Source of the DNA: an uncultured bacterium
GTDB lineage: Bacteria > Patescibacteriota > Minisyncoccia > Phycocordibacterales > Phycocordibacteraceae
Reading direction: 5' to 3'
DNA: 64,000 nucleotides
Assembly: GCA_903825105.1 (NCBI GenBank)
Contig: CAIJZI010000007.1
Coordinates: 23,178-87,177 of the forward strand
Part shown: in pieces, positions 1 through 8,674 of the stretch
How the letters are laid out: each line of letters starts with the position of its first letter
Position numbering within the stretch: the stretch's first letter is position 1
Notes under the pieces: generated by a model
Told to the model about the DNA's origin: nothing
The model's input: the letters and a program-made list of their open reading frames with translations, nothing else
Database searches by the model: none
Translations under genes and position numbers: made by a program

Positions 1-1444
1 TCCCTCGCTCGAGCTCGTAGCCCTGGCCTTCAAACTTGGCGACGGGGTGATCGGTATCGCTCGCGATACTCGAGAAATAATTGGCCGAGGGGAGGAGGTG
101 ATAGGCGGTTGGAGAATTCTTGGCGAGGCTCTGCATCGTCGAGTTCGAGACGATAGTGAAGATGGATTTATAAATGCCAGCGTTGTAGCCCTCGAGAAGT
201 ACGCCGAGGTCTTCGGGCGCGCCGCTCTGCGGCGCGCCAACCAAAATAACTTTATCCACCAACTTAGGTGTCTCGCCGCTAAGTTGATTCAAGAGTGCCT
301 TGGCGAGGAGGCCGCCATTACTGTGCGCGACGATCGTCACCTTCCCGCTTTTTGAACTCGAGGCCAGCCCTCTAAGGGTCTGCTCGATATAAGGAGTACT
401 CGTGGATTCTTCATAAAATATTTTACCGTCGCGCTCCGCGCCTTTATTTAACAAATCATCGAGCGAGAGCCGCCAGTCATAGGCGACTGACTTCCAATCG
501 TTTATCTCTCCACTCGCTTTTAATCCATTCATCTCATTTATAAATGAAGCGTAGATATTACTGCCGCCAGCCGAGTCGATAATGTCATTTTCTTTTACAT
601 ACACGCTGTCACAGAGGCTCTCGCCACTCGCATCGAGAAATAATTTTTTTACTTTTGTATTCCCGGCGCCAAATAAAACGCCGATGATCGAGCTGTATGG
701 CTCCCATAATTTTTCTTCTGCTCCTGACGCCGTACAGCCGCTCCCTTCATAGAGTCGACTGCCCTCGATGCCGGGTAGAAATAAGACATTTGAGGGTTTT
801 GGGGATGATGGCGGAGCTGTATCATAAAATTGAAAATATGGCTGATCGAGCCCGCTTTGACCCCACACATATCTATCATCAGCGGCTGGGCGATAACCAA
901 AAAGACTGAGTGGTGTGTCCGGAGAGAATGGCTTGCCGCTGAATGAGACCCATCCGGAACTCCCATACATACCGCTCGTAGACATGAAAAAGATATAATG
1001 ATACCCCGTTGATAGTAGGATTGGCGTATCATTATCGTGCTGATCTATCGTCGTATAGTCACAATTTCCACTAGCATCTGGTGTTGTAGAAACAGAAACG
1101 AGACTTGCTATGAACGGGGCGCCACTCCAATTCGTTGGTGGTGTTGAGGTGGCGGTATATCGCATAACAGCCCCAGCTGGACAAATATACTCTCCTCCAC
1201 CGCTTGTGTTCACACGAAAACGAACACCGTAGACATTTATATTTTGTGTGGGCACATATCCCATTGATACATCATTACCCATTGTTACGCGCACTGACCC
1301 GAACCAAAGATATCCATCGGGCGGTTTGGTCGCTTGTGCACTGTCATCCAATTGAGAATCGAGAACCGCTGCACGAACGAGAAAAGGTCTCACAAATATG
1401 AGCGCGATGAGTATAAAAAATAACGCGGGTATTCTTCCACGCAT
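1..1444 (-). CDS. Secreted LCAT-like alpha/beta hydrolase (lipase/acyltransferase); runs off the left edge of the window
   Basis: Absent from the ORF track because there is no stop in the window. Manual translation is open from ATG 1444 to position 1. It has a signal peptide (MRGRIPALFFILIALIFVRPFLVRA) and LCAT motifs VLFLPGIEGSRLY, AYDWRLS, IVAHSNGG (nucleophile elbow) and LVGAPQSG. TATTCT lies 7 nt upstream. Confidence 0.85.
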   Translation of the reverse strand, partial: MRGRIPALFFILIALIFVRPFLVRAAVLDSQLDDSAQATKPPDGYLWFGSVRVTMGNDVSMGYVPTQNINVYGVRFRVNTSGGGEYICPAGAVMRYTATSTPPTNWSGAPFIASLVSVSTTPDASGNCDYTTIDQHDNDTPILLSTGYHYIFFMSTSGMYGSSGWVSFSGKPFSPDTPLSLFGYRPAADDRYVWGQSGLDQPYFQFYDTAPPSSPKPSNVLFLPGIEGSRLYEGSGCTASGAEEKLWEPYSSIIGVLFGAGNTKVKKLFLDASGESLCDSVYVKENDIIDSAGGSNIYASFINEMNGLKASGEINDWKSVAYDWRLSLDDLLNKGAERDGKIFYEESTSTPYIEQTLRGLASSSKSGKVTIVAHSNGGLLAKALLNQLSGETPKLVDKVILVGAPQSGAPEDLGVLLEGYNAGIYKSIFTIVSNSTMQSLAKNSPTAYHLLPSANYFSSIASDTDHPVAKFEGQGYELERG

Positions 1445-1493
1445 TACTTCAAGAATAATGCTCCCGCGCGCTTCGCGCGCGGGTTATGCACAC

Positions 1494-1531
1494 GCATAGG
1501 AAACTCCTATGTACATAGGAGTTTCCTATGC
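1494..1531. repeat. Perfect 38-bp palindrome gcataggaaactcctatgt|acataggagtttcctatgc; half-copy at 2114-2132
   Basis: Exact inverted repeat. gcacaggaaactcctatgc recurs on the other side of the 1607-2053 gene. Confidence 0.9.
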
Positions 1532-1606
1532 AATAATTCGACAAATGTTTCTTCTGTGATAAACTATTTTTGGATAGTTTTTTCAATTCTTAATTCGGGG
1601 AGAGAA

Positions 1607-2053
1607 ATGTACACAATAAATGGATATCGCGATTTGCTCGCGAGAAATGGCTTCGAGGAGGTATCTCAGCCGATACCCTTCACGAGCCATGGCACAACCG
1701 AACATCGTCATCTGTACTTCCATCGCGAGCATGCGGTTCTCGTGGTGTTCGAGACGGAGACGGAGAAAAGGCCCGACCGGACATCAATCAGCGGGAAGAT
1801 GTTTTTCAACTTTAAACCTGAAAACACGGACGAAATGTCGCATATTGCCCCGCTTGGTAAACCTGCCGATAAACATCCAGCGATCTGCGTGTGTGGATCC
1901 GGCCGCTTCGCCAATGTCGCCGACGAAATTTCACGGCTTTTAAAAAAAGGAAGCTTCGTGCAACCGTGGGTCGAGAAGCCGGTAGAATTGGCTGGATATG
2001 AAATCATCCACCGCCTGCCTCTCGATGTCCGCACTGCGATCGGCGCAGAATAA
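1607..2053 (+). CDS. Hypothetical protein (148 aa), stand-alone accessory gene
   Basis: ORF with SD GGGGAG before ATG 1607, upstream TCGACA..TG-TAAACT promoter and downstream terminator. Confidence 0.7.
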   Translation: MYTINGYRDLLARNGFEEVSQPIPFTSHGTTEHRHLYFHREHAVLVVFETETEKRPDRTSISGKMFFNFKPENTDEMSHIAPLGKPADKHPAICVCGSGRFANVADEISRLLKKGSFVQPWVEKPVELAGYEIIHRLPLDVRTAIGAE

Positions 2054-2070
2054 TTCCCAAACCATAAACC

Positions 2071-2108
2071 ACCGGCAGGCGCTCCGCGCCTGCCGGTTTT
2101 TGTTTTTT
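2071..2108 (+). terminator. Rho-independent terminator
   Basis: accggcaggcgc-tcc-gcgcctgccggt followed by a T-tract. Confidence 0.85.
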
Positions 2109-2136
2109 CAACAGCACAGGAAACTCCTATGCAAGA

Positions 2137-3171
2137 TCACTTCGGATACTTCTGTGCGACCGCGGCATACGCCGCGCGCGACATATTTGAAATAATCGTG
2201 TCTGCCGTTTTTACATCCTTCGCGCTCGTCATCACACAGAGGAGATACGGGTGCGATGGATAATAAATAATGCCGCAGTCAGAGAGCTCGACGCCCGTGG
2301 CGACATTATTTTGAGATAGAACATGCTCGCCATATTTGTGCGCGACGACCGTTCCCTCTGGCACACCTGCGACGAGACCATCAGCGAAGGTCGCCTGCGA
2401 CAAGAGTTTCATCGCCTGCTCTGAACTCTCGGGCGAGAGATAGGTCGCATTATAGAGGACACGGAAGAAGAGCCCGAAGGTGCGCGCAGAAATTTGATAA
2501 TTTTGAGAATCGTCTCCCGGATTTTGGATCCCGAGCGCGACATACACCTGATTCAAAAATTCTGAATTAAGATTCGCGAGGAGCGAGAATGTCGCACCAT
2601 TATCTGAATCGACAACCATCTTATTGATGAGATCTTGTACCGAATAACTATGCCCCGCGACGAGTTCAGACGGCGCCACGAACGGCTCTTTCGGTAAAAC
2701 ACTCGGGTTGTAGTCAATTGTTTTTAAAAAGAGTGACGGATCTTGTTCCATCTGTTTGTAATACGCGATCAAGGTCGGCACCTTGAGAAGACTCGCCGGA
2801 TAATAGGTGTCATTCTGATTTATGCCGATCCACCTGCCCGCGTCCAGATCGCGGAAGTAGACTGCCGCGCGCGTCGCGTCACCACTTTTCACCACAGCAT
2901 CAATAATCGTTTGGAAAGAATTATTTAATGGAATGTAATCACCGAGGAGTGTCGCTTCTGGGGTGTGATAGGCGAGGAGTGGGTGCACAAGCGTGTATGG
3001 TGTTCCCTTTTCTTCAATCGGCGCGAATGATTGTTTGATTGAATCCGAAACAGAGTCACCTGCCAATTTGCCAAAAAAATATCCAGCGATACCTCCGACG
3101 ATTAATCCACCCGCGACGAGAGCCGCGAAGGTTAAAAACTTTTTAGATTTCCATTTTGCCAATATATTCAT
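2137..3171 (-). CDS. Membrane-anchored class A beta-lactamase-like serine hydrolase
   Basis: SxxK (ASLLK), SDN and HKYG motifs, N-terminal TM helix, TATTAT 6 nt before ATG 3171. Confidence 0.85.
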   Translation of the reverse strand: MNILAKWKSKKFLTFAALVAGGLIVGGIAGYFFGKLAGDSVSDSIKQSFAPIEEKGTPYTLVHPLLAYHTPEATLLGDYIPLNNSFQTIIDAVVKSGDATRAAVYFRDLDAGRWIGINQNDTYYPASLLKVPTLIAYYKQMEQDPSLFLKTIDYNPSVLPKEPFVAPSELVAGHSYSVQDLINKMVVDSDNGATFSLLANLNSEFLNQVYVALGIQNPGDDSQNYQISARTFGLFFRVLYNATYLSPESSEQAMKLLSQATFADGLVAGVPEGTVVAHKYGEHVLSQNNVATGVELSDCGIIYYPSHPYLLCVMTSAKDVKTADTIISNMSRAAYAAVAQKYPK

Positions 3172-3272
3172 ACTCCAATAATAACCCGACGGAACCGCCC
3201 TAAACAAAGTGTTACACACCGCGTAGTAAGGGTTGGGAGAGCCATATTATTACTTTATCCTCATTATTACGC

Positions 3273-5024
3273 ATGTCTTTTTCTAAAATTTTAAATACCC
3301 TCAAAAACGCGTGGCATTCTGTCTGGTTGTATGCGATGAGTCATAAAATAATCGCGACGATCGCGGTCATTATTATTTTAGTCGGCGGATATTATGGCTA
3401 CAAGACACTCACTTCTTCGACAACGACGAGTTATATAACTTCTTCTGTCGCTTCGAGCACGATCGTCTCAACCTTGACCGAGACAGGCCAAGTGAGCGCC
3501 TCACAACAGATTTCCCTCTCGCCAAAATCTTCGGGCGAAGTGATTGGCGTGTATGTGAAGCCTGGCGACGCGGTGTATGCCGGCCAGCTCGTCGCACAAC
3601 TTGATGCCACCGATGCGCGGCAATCACTTCAAAATGCCGAGCTCGCGCTTAAGAATGCAGAAATCACTTATGCTCAAACCACAGCGACCTCGACGCTCTC
3701 GCTCAATCTGCTTCAAGCTCAAAACGCTGTCACAAATGCAAACATCTCTCTTCAAAAGACACACGACAGCATCTATTCCTCTCTCGCGAGCACCTATAAC
3801 GATTTTTCAACCATCGTAACGGGGATCGACGGCGTGCTCCACAATTCTGATTCTGCCGGTCGCTCGAATCAAGAAAATGTTGATGCGTATTCTGACATTG
3901 TTTCTTCACACGACGACAATATTCTGATGTATAAAAATTCTGCAGAGACTTCGTATACTGCCGCGCTCGCGGCGTACAACAGCGGACTCGCCACCTATAA
4001 AGCAGTCAGCGGTACCACCGCTTCAAACGACGATCTCGTCGCCCTCGCGAAGACGACTTATGCCACTGCACAAATAATCGCCGAAGCAGTAAAAAATTCT
4101 CACGACTTTTATGACCGCGTGAATACTGATTATTCTCTTTATAAAAATCTCGGTTCTTCTTCGACAGTTTCTAACCTCCTTTCTTCGATCAATTCATACA
4201 CCTCGCTCGTTTCAACAAACTTGAACAATGCACTGACCGTCCAGACCGACATTGTCTCGGCAGAACAGTCGCTAGCCCAAGCTAAGAACGCGCTCGAGTC
4301 GAGCGCGCAGGGTTCGAATGCGCTCACCGTTCAATCTGCCACTCTTTCACTTCAAGAAGCGAAGGATGCGGTGACCACCGCACAAGAAAATCTCGCGAAC
4401 TATTCTGTCGTCGCACCATTCGCGGGAACAATCGCTTCTGTCGGCGTGCAGAAATATGATCAGGCTAGCAACAATACATCGGTCGCGACGCTCGTGAGCT
4501 ACAACAAGATCGCGACACTCTCTGTTTCTGAAGCAGACGAGGTGAATATTAAACAAGGACAGAAAGCGATGCTCACCTTCGACGCTCTTCCTGATGTGAC
4601 CATCGCCGGCACCGTCGCATCTATTTCTAGCGCGGGGAGCGTTTCTTCTGGAGTCGTCTCCTACAGCGTCGATGTTTCGCTCGACACCGCAAATAGCGAT
4701 ATTAAGCCGGGGATGTCTGTCGATGCCGACATTATTACCGCGACAGCAGACGGCATCGCTGTGCCAAATAGTGCGATTAAGACTTCGGGCAATATAAATT
4801 ATGTTCTCGTTATGTCAGCGGCAACGCCGACAAAAGTCCCGGTCACTATTGGCATCACTGACGGCACGAACACCATCGTCACGAGCGGGTTAACTGGTAG
4901 CGAGCAGGTTGTGACGAAGACGGTCACGAGTTCTTCTTCATCAACTTCATCATCTGCAACAAAAACTACATCATCAAGCACAAATAGGAGCGGCCCTCCA
5001 GGAGGAATAATGATGGGATTATAA
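3273..5024 (+). CDS. MacA/HlyD-family periplasmic adaptor (membrane fusion protein) with long helical hairpin
   Basis: N-terminal TM, lipoyl half-motifs (SGEVIGVYVKPGDAV; VAPFAGTI), adjacent ABC ATPase and permease. Confidence 0.85.
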   Translation: MSFSKILNTLKNAWHSVWLYAMSHKIIATIAVIIILVGGYYGYKTLTSSTTTSYITSSVASSTIVSTLTETGQVSASQQISLSPKSSGEVIGVYVKPGDAVYAGQLVAQLDATDARQSLQNAELALKNAEITYAQTTATSTLSLNLLQAQNAVTNANISLQKTHDSIYSSLASTYNDFSTIVTGIDGVLHNSDSAGRSNQENVDAYSDIVSSHDDNILMYKNSAETSYTAALAAYNSGLATYKAVSGTTASNDDLVALAKTTYATAQIIAEAVKNSHDFYDRVNTDYSLYKNLGSSSTVSNLLSSINSYTSLVSTNLNNALTVQTDIVSAEQSLAQAKNALESSAQGSNALTVQSATLSLQEAKDAVTTAQENLANYSVVAPFAGTIASVGVQKYDQASNNTSVATLVSYNKIATLSVSEADEVNIKQGQKAMLTFDALPDVTIAGTVASISSAGSVSSGVVSYSVDVSLDTANSDIKPGMSVDADIITATADGIAVPNSAIKTSGNINYVLVMSAATPTKVPVTIGITDGTNTIVTSGLTGSEQVVTKTVTSSSSSTSSSATKTTSSSTNRSGPPGGIMMGL

Positions 5025-5031
5025 AAATAAA

Positions 5032-5754
5032 ATGATTGAGATTAAAAACATTCACAAAGTGTATGGTTCGGGAGCAGAAGCCTTTACCGCACTCAACAAT
5101 ATCTCGTTCTCGATTGACGAAGGCGAATTCGTCGCGATTATGGGCCCTTCGGGGAGTGGTAAGTCAACCTTGATGCACATTCTCGGCTGTCTCGATACGC
5201 CAACCTCTGGCACCTATAAGCTCGACAACAAAGATGTCTCGACGATGACCGATGACGAGCTCGCTGATATTCGAAAGGATAAAATTGGTTTCGTCTTCCA
5301 AGCATTCAACCTGCTCCCGCGCACCACAGTGCTGCGCAATGTCGTCCTACCGCTCGTCTACGCCGGAGTGCCGCGCGAAGAGCGCGAGAAGCGCGCGATC
5401 GAATCGCTCGTCGCCGCAGGATTAACAAAAGAACATTTCACTCACCTTTCGAATCAAATATCCGGCGGACAGATCCAGCGCGTCGCGATCGCACGAGCGC
5501 TGGTCAACGATCCGTCGCTTATTCTCGCCGACGAACCAACAGGCAACCTCGACAGCCGCACGAGTCTTATCGTTCTCGAGACACTTCAAGAATTAAATAG
5601 AAAGCACGGGAGAACGATTGTCCTCATCACGCACGAGCCAGACATCGCCGAACATGCTGATCGCATTATTAAACTCCGCGACGGCGACATCGTCTCTGAT
5701 GAAAAAAATCATTCAGTGCGTAACGCAGAAAAAGAAGGAAAACTTTATGAATAA
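5032..5754 (+). CDS. MacB/LolD-type ABC transporter ATP-binding protein
   Basis: [27 protein letters not shown]. Confidence 0.95.
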   Translation: MIEIKNIHKVYGSGAEAFTALNNISFSIDEGEFVAIMGPSGSGKSTLMHILGCLDTPTSGTYKLDNKDVSTMTDDELADIRKDKIGFVFQAFNLLPRTTVLRNVVLPLVYAGVPREEREKRAIESLVAAGLTKEHFTHLSNQISGGQIQRVAIARALVNDPSLILADEPTGNLDSRTSLIVLETLQELNRKHGRTIVLITHEPDIAEHADRIIKLRDGDIVSDEKNHSVRNAEKEGKLYE

Positions 5755-6979
5755 AAATGACATTTTAGAAGAGACATACGCTGCCCTTCGCGCGAACAAG
5801 GCCCGCTCGGGGCTCACGATGCTCGGCATCGTTATCGGTATCGCTTCAGTGATCGCTCTTATGGCCGTTGGCACAGGCGCGACAAGCTCGATTACTTCGT
5901 CGATCTCTTCGATCGGTTCGAACCTTCTGATCGTGACGCCCGGGGCGACAAAAAACTTCGGCTTCGGCGCCGCCTCGGCGCGAGGATCGGCGCAGACACT
6001 CACCGTCGAAGATGCTACGGCGATTTCTAACAGCATTTCAAATATCAGCGGGATGTCAGTTGTCGTTTCGAGTCGCACACAAGTGACCACGAAAAATTCG
6101 AACACGAACACTTCGATTACCGGCACCGATCCATCCTATCCGGGTGTGCGCAATGTGACGCTCTCGACGGGCAATTTTATTTCAGATGAAAATGTCGCGA
6201 GCATCGCGAAGGTCGCGGTAATTGGCCCGACCGTTCTCACCGACCTCTTCGGCACAGACGCCGTCGACACCGACTCGATTGGGCAAAAAGTTAGGATTAG
6301 CGGATCACAGTACACCGTCATCGGCGTGACGAAGACGAAAGGCAGCTCGGGCTCGAGTAACGCCGATGACATTATTTATATTCCTTACACCACCGCGCAA
6401 CGCTACCTTTCTGGGAATAAATATCTATCACAAATAAATGTTTCGGCAGCGAGTTCTGACTCAATGACGCAGGTTCAAACAGATATAAACGACCTTCTGC
6501 TCACGCGACACAAGATTACCGATTCTACAAAAACTGATTTCTCGATTACTAATCAGGCTGACCTCGTCTCGACATTATCATCCGTCACCTCGACACTCAC
6601 CTATCTTCTCGGCGCGATCGGCGCGATATCGCTCCTCGTCGGCGGCATCGGCATTATGAATATGATGCTCACCAATGTGACCGAGCGCATGCACGAGATC
6701 GGGCTCCGGAAAGCGGTCGGCGCGAAGAAAAAAGATATCAGCATTCAGTTTCTCGCAGAGTCGGTCGCGCTCACTGTCGTCGGCGGCATCATCGGCATTA
6801 TTCTGGGATGCGCAATCGCGTATGTGGTGAATTGGAGTGGTGTGACGAAAACGAGCGTCACCTTATCATCTGTCCTGCTCGCTTTTGGCGTATCAGCAGT
6901 AATCGGTATCGTCTTCGGCTGGTATCCGGCGAAGCGCGCATCAAACTTAAATCCGATTGATGCACTCAGATATGAGTAG
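5747..6979 (+). CDS. MacB/FtsX-family ABC transporter permease
   Basis: LTMLGIVIGIASVI, GGIGIMNMM...VTER..EIGLRKAVGA, C-terminal PIDALRYE. Confidence 0.95.
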   Translation: MNKNDILEETYAALRANKARSGLTMLGIVIGIASVIALMAVGTGATSSITSSISSIGSNLLIVTPGATKNFGFGAASARGSAQTLTVEDATAISNSISNISGMSVVVSSRTQVTTKNSNTNTSITGTDPSYPGVRNVTLSTGNFISDENVASIAKVAVIGPTVLTDLFGTDAVDTDSIGQKVRISGSQYTVIGVTKTKGSSGSSNADDIIYIPYTTAQRYLSGNKYLSQINVSAASSDSMTQVQTDINDLLLTRHKITDSTKTDFSITNQADLVSTLSSVTSTLTYLLGAIGAISLLVGGIGIMNMMLTNVTERMHEIGLRKAVGAKKKDISIQFLAESVALTVVGGIIGIILGCAIAYVVNWSGVTKTSVTLSSVLLAFGVSAVIGIVFGWYPAKRASNLNPIDALRYE

Positions 6980-6988
6980 AGCGCGAGA

Positions 6989-7051
6989 AATTCAAAAAAT
7001 TGATAGCAAGACTTGGCCACTCGAACCGGAGCGCGATCCGTTTTTTGAATT
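6989..7051. repeat. Palindromic element, family B (intergenic copy)
   Basis: Outer IR aattcaaaaaa/ttttttgaatt. Inner blocks tagcaagacttggcc and ccggagcgc are shared with the copy inside prmC. Confidence 0.75.
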
Positions 7052-7098
7052 GATGGGAGGCGCCGCGCGTATTAAAAAATAATCACTAATTAAAAAAT

Positions 7099-7506
7099 AT
7101 GAAAAATAAAAATATAATGATCACGGGAGTTGTAGCTCTTATTATCGGCGTTAGTCTCGGCTACTTCGGCGGGAACGCTCTTCACCCAGCGGCAGCGACA
7201 CCAACACGCGGGAACTTTTCTGGCATGATGGGCGGTGCGGGACGAGCCGGTGGCAATGGGCTTCTCTCAGGCACGGTCGCGGCAAAGGATTCTGACAGCA
7301 TCACTATCGACACGAAGGACGGTAGCTCGCACATTGTTCTCCTCACGCCAAACACGACATTTCAAAAGAGCGTGAGCGGCACAGAGAGCGATGTGGCTAC
7401 CGGCTCGACGATTATTGTCTCGGGCACGACCAATAGCGATGGCTCGGTCTCTGCCACTTCGATCCAATTGCGCCCCGCGATGCCTCCTGCTACAGTACAA
7501 AAATGA
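7099..7506 (+). CDS. Membrane-anchored protein with DUF5666-like OB-fold domain
   Basis: TM helix, Gly-rich linker, G.V.....SITI ... D...G..I.VSG....DGSV.A..I pattern. Confidence 0.75.
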   Translation: MKNKNIMITGVVALIIGVSLGYFGGNALHPAAATPTRGNFSGMMGGAGRAGGNGLLSGTVAAKDSDSITIDTKDGSSHIVLLTPNTTFQKSVSGTESDVATGSTIIVSGTTNSDGSVSATSIQLRPAMPPATVQK

Positions 7507-7592
7507 AACGCGCATTTACCATATTTATCGTTCTTATTCTCGCCTTCGGCATGATCGTAATGTTCTTCCCTGCTCTCTTCGCGGGACATTAG
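7503..7592 (+). CDS. Small single-TM protein (29 aa, MKRAFTIFIVLILAFGMIVMFFPALFAGH)
   Basis: ATGA overlap with the upstream stop, hydrophobic helix, followed by a hairpin. Confidence 0.55.
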   Translation: MKRAFTIFIVLILAFGMIVMFFPALFAGH

Positions 7593-7610
7593 AGGTTCTG
7601 TTTAAAGTTT

Positions 7611-7645
7611 AAAAAATGAGCAAGGGTAACCCTTGCTCATTTTTT
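7611..7645. repeat. GGTAACC-centred palindrome (family C), possible bidirectional terminator
   Basis: aaaaaatgagcaagggtaacccttgctcatttttt; related copies at 13311, 16951 and 41211. Confidence 0.8.
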
Positions 7646-7670
7646 GTCTCCAATTAATATCGCATAGTAT

Positions 7671-7831
7671 AAAAAGAAACCGAGCCCATGGGGCTCGGTG
7701 AGAGAAACAAATCATCAGGAAGGAGGTGGGGAGGAAAAAGAATGAATGAAAACGGGATGATTTGTTTCTGGAAAGAGCTGTCGGTTCTGCGACCGACTCC
7801 TGTAGATGAGAGCCATTGCTGTCACCTACAC
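7671..7831 (-). ncRNA. Candidate ~160-nt structured sRNA with anti-SD/anti-AUG loop
   Basis: Own promoter; two 5' hairpins; boxA-like GCUCUUU; perfect 14-bp stem (7703-7716/7756-7769) around a pyrimidine loop containing CACCUCCUU; terminator at 7679-7699 plus U-tract. Confidence 0.65.
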
Positions 7832-7835
7832 TTAT

Positions 7836-7895
7836 AGTTTATTCTTTTCTGTCCCTGTGTCAAGAATTGACTTTTGTAATTAATACTGCTAGATT
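7836..7895. promoter_or_regulatory. Back-to-back sigma70 promoters for the sRNA (minus) and the CPBP gene (plus)
   Basis: Minus: TTGACA(7858-7863)-16-TAAACT(7836-7841). Plus: TTGACT(7867-7872)-17-TAGATT(7890-7895) with extended TG. Confidence 0.7.
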
Positions 7896-7920
7896 CAATT
7901 CGGATGTTTGGGGGTTCGCA

Positions 7921-8466
7921 ATGAACAAAATGATTGCGTGGCTCCGAGAAGGTGCCACTTTCTGGGAGCTTTTTAAGTACCTCCCCGGGCTGATCCTCCT
8001 ACAAATGTTCTTGATTGTTGTAGGAGTCAAATTCGCGGGTCTGTTCTTTTCAGAAGCGTCGATCAACTCTAATGACGCTGTGATCGACACTGTGATCGCG
8101 CATTCCAACTTGGCAAAACAGTTCTTCATATTTACGGTGAAAGATCCCTTTTATGAAGAGGTGTTTTACCGGTTTACTCCATTCTGCGCGCTTTTGGTGT
8201 TGATGTGGCTAAAAAAGACCAAAGATGAAAAGGGTGCGGCGTGGGATGTTGCCGTGTACATTGTGGTTACCTCTGCATTCTTTGGATATGTGCATGGTCC
8301 TGGAGGTATTTTCATTCAAGGCCTGTCGGGCATTGTGCTCGCGATCGTATTCCTAAAATGGAGCGCGCTCGGTGCGAAACTGTTTAAAGGCCTGCTCGCC
8401 AGCACGATAGTGCATGGCGCGTACAATGGCGCCCTGCTGATCATACTGTTAAGTCTCCATCGCTAA
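7921..8466 (+). CDS. CPBP (Abi/CAAX) family intramembrane metalloprotease
   Basis: EExxxR (YEEVFYR), FxxxH (FGYVH), HxxxN (HGAYN), multiple TMs, terminator at ~8484-8511. Confidence 0.85.
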   Translation: MNKMIAWLREGATFWELFKYLPGLILLQMFLIVVGVKFAGLFFSEASINSNDAVIDTVIAHSNLAKQFFIFTVKDPFYEEVFYRFTPFCALLVLMWLKKTKDEKGAAWDVAVYIVVTSAFFGYVHGPGGIFIQGLSGIVLAIVFLKWSALGAKLFKGLLASTIVHGAYNGALLIILLSLHR

Positions 8467-8575
8467 TCCTGTTCTAACTCGAGGCCCTGCCGCTTACACG
8501 GCAGGGCTTTTTCTATTTAAAACAGACTTATCCACACCCCTTGCTTTTTTTTACAATTTCTGACATACTATTTCT

Positions 8576-8655
8576 AACTCGCAGAGTATTCGAGCTTCGC
8601 TCGGTTCGTTCGCCAATCTGGTGAATGACCGCAAGTGTTCAGTTTCGGCGAGGTT
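8576..8655 (+). promoter_or_regulatory. Structured 5' leader of the RRM gene
   Basis: Promoter TTGCTT-17-CATACT; hairpins cgagc-ttc-gctcg and ggttcgttcgcc..ggtgaatgacc enclosed by aactcgc/gcgaggtt. Confidence 0.5.
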
Positions 8656-8674
8656 ACTAAGTTAAATCCAATAC

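Noticed and set aside
427-439. 13-nt match (cggagcgcgacgg, minus strand) to the dnaE family B insert inside the lipase gene
   Set aside because: No convincing flanking inverted repeat; a short GC-rich match may be chance.
47-1401. Short ORFs at 47-355, 649-1032, 697-909 and 1204-1401
   Set aside because: They are shadows of the long minus-strand lipase frame (1444 to <1).
2137-3171. Antibiotic-resistance beta-lactamase
   Set aside because: The motifs show the fold only. The TM anchor and divergent omega-loop region fit a cell-wall serine hydrolase equally well, so resistance cannot be supported.
7742-7837. Plus-strand 31-aa ORF after the very strong SD at 7720-7735
   Set aside because: Promoter, boxA-like motif and terminator U-tract all point to the minus strand, and the ORF runs through hairpins into a promoter. 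It is kept only as the alternative that would refute the sRNA call.
8528-8536. Replication origin
   Set aside because: DnaA-box-like 9-mers (8528, ~1484, ~24127) are isolated, with no cluster, unwinding element or dnaA gene.
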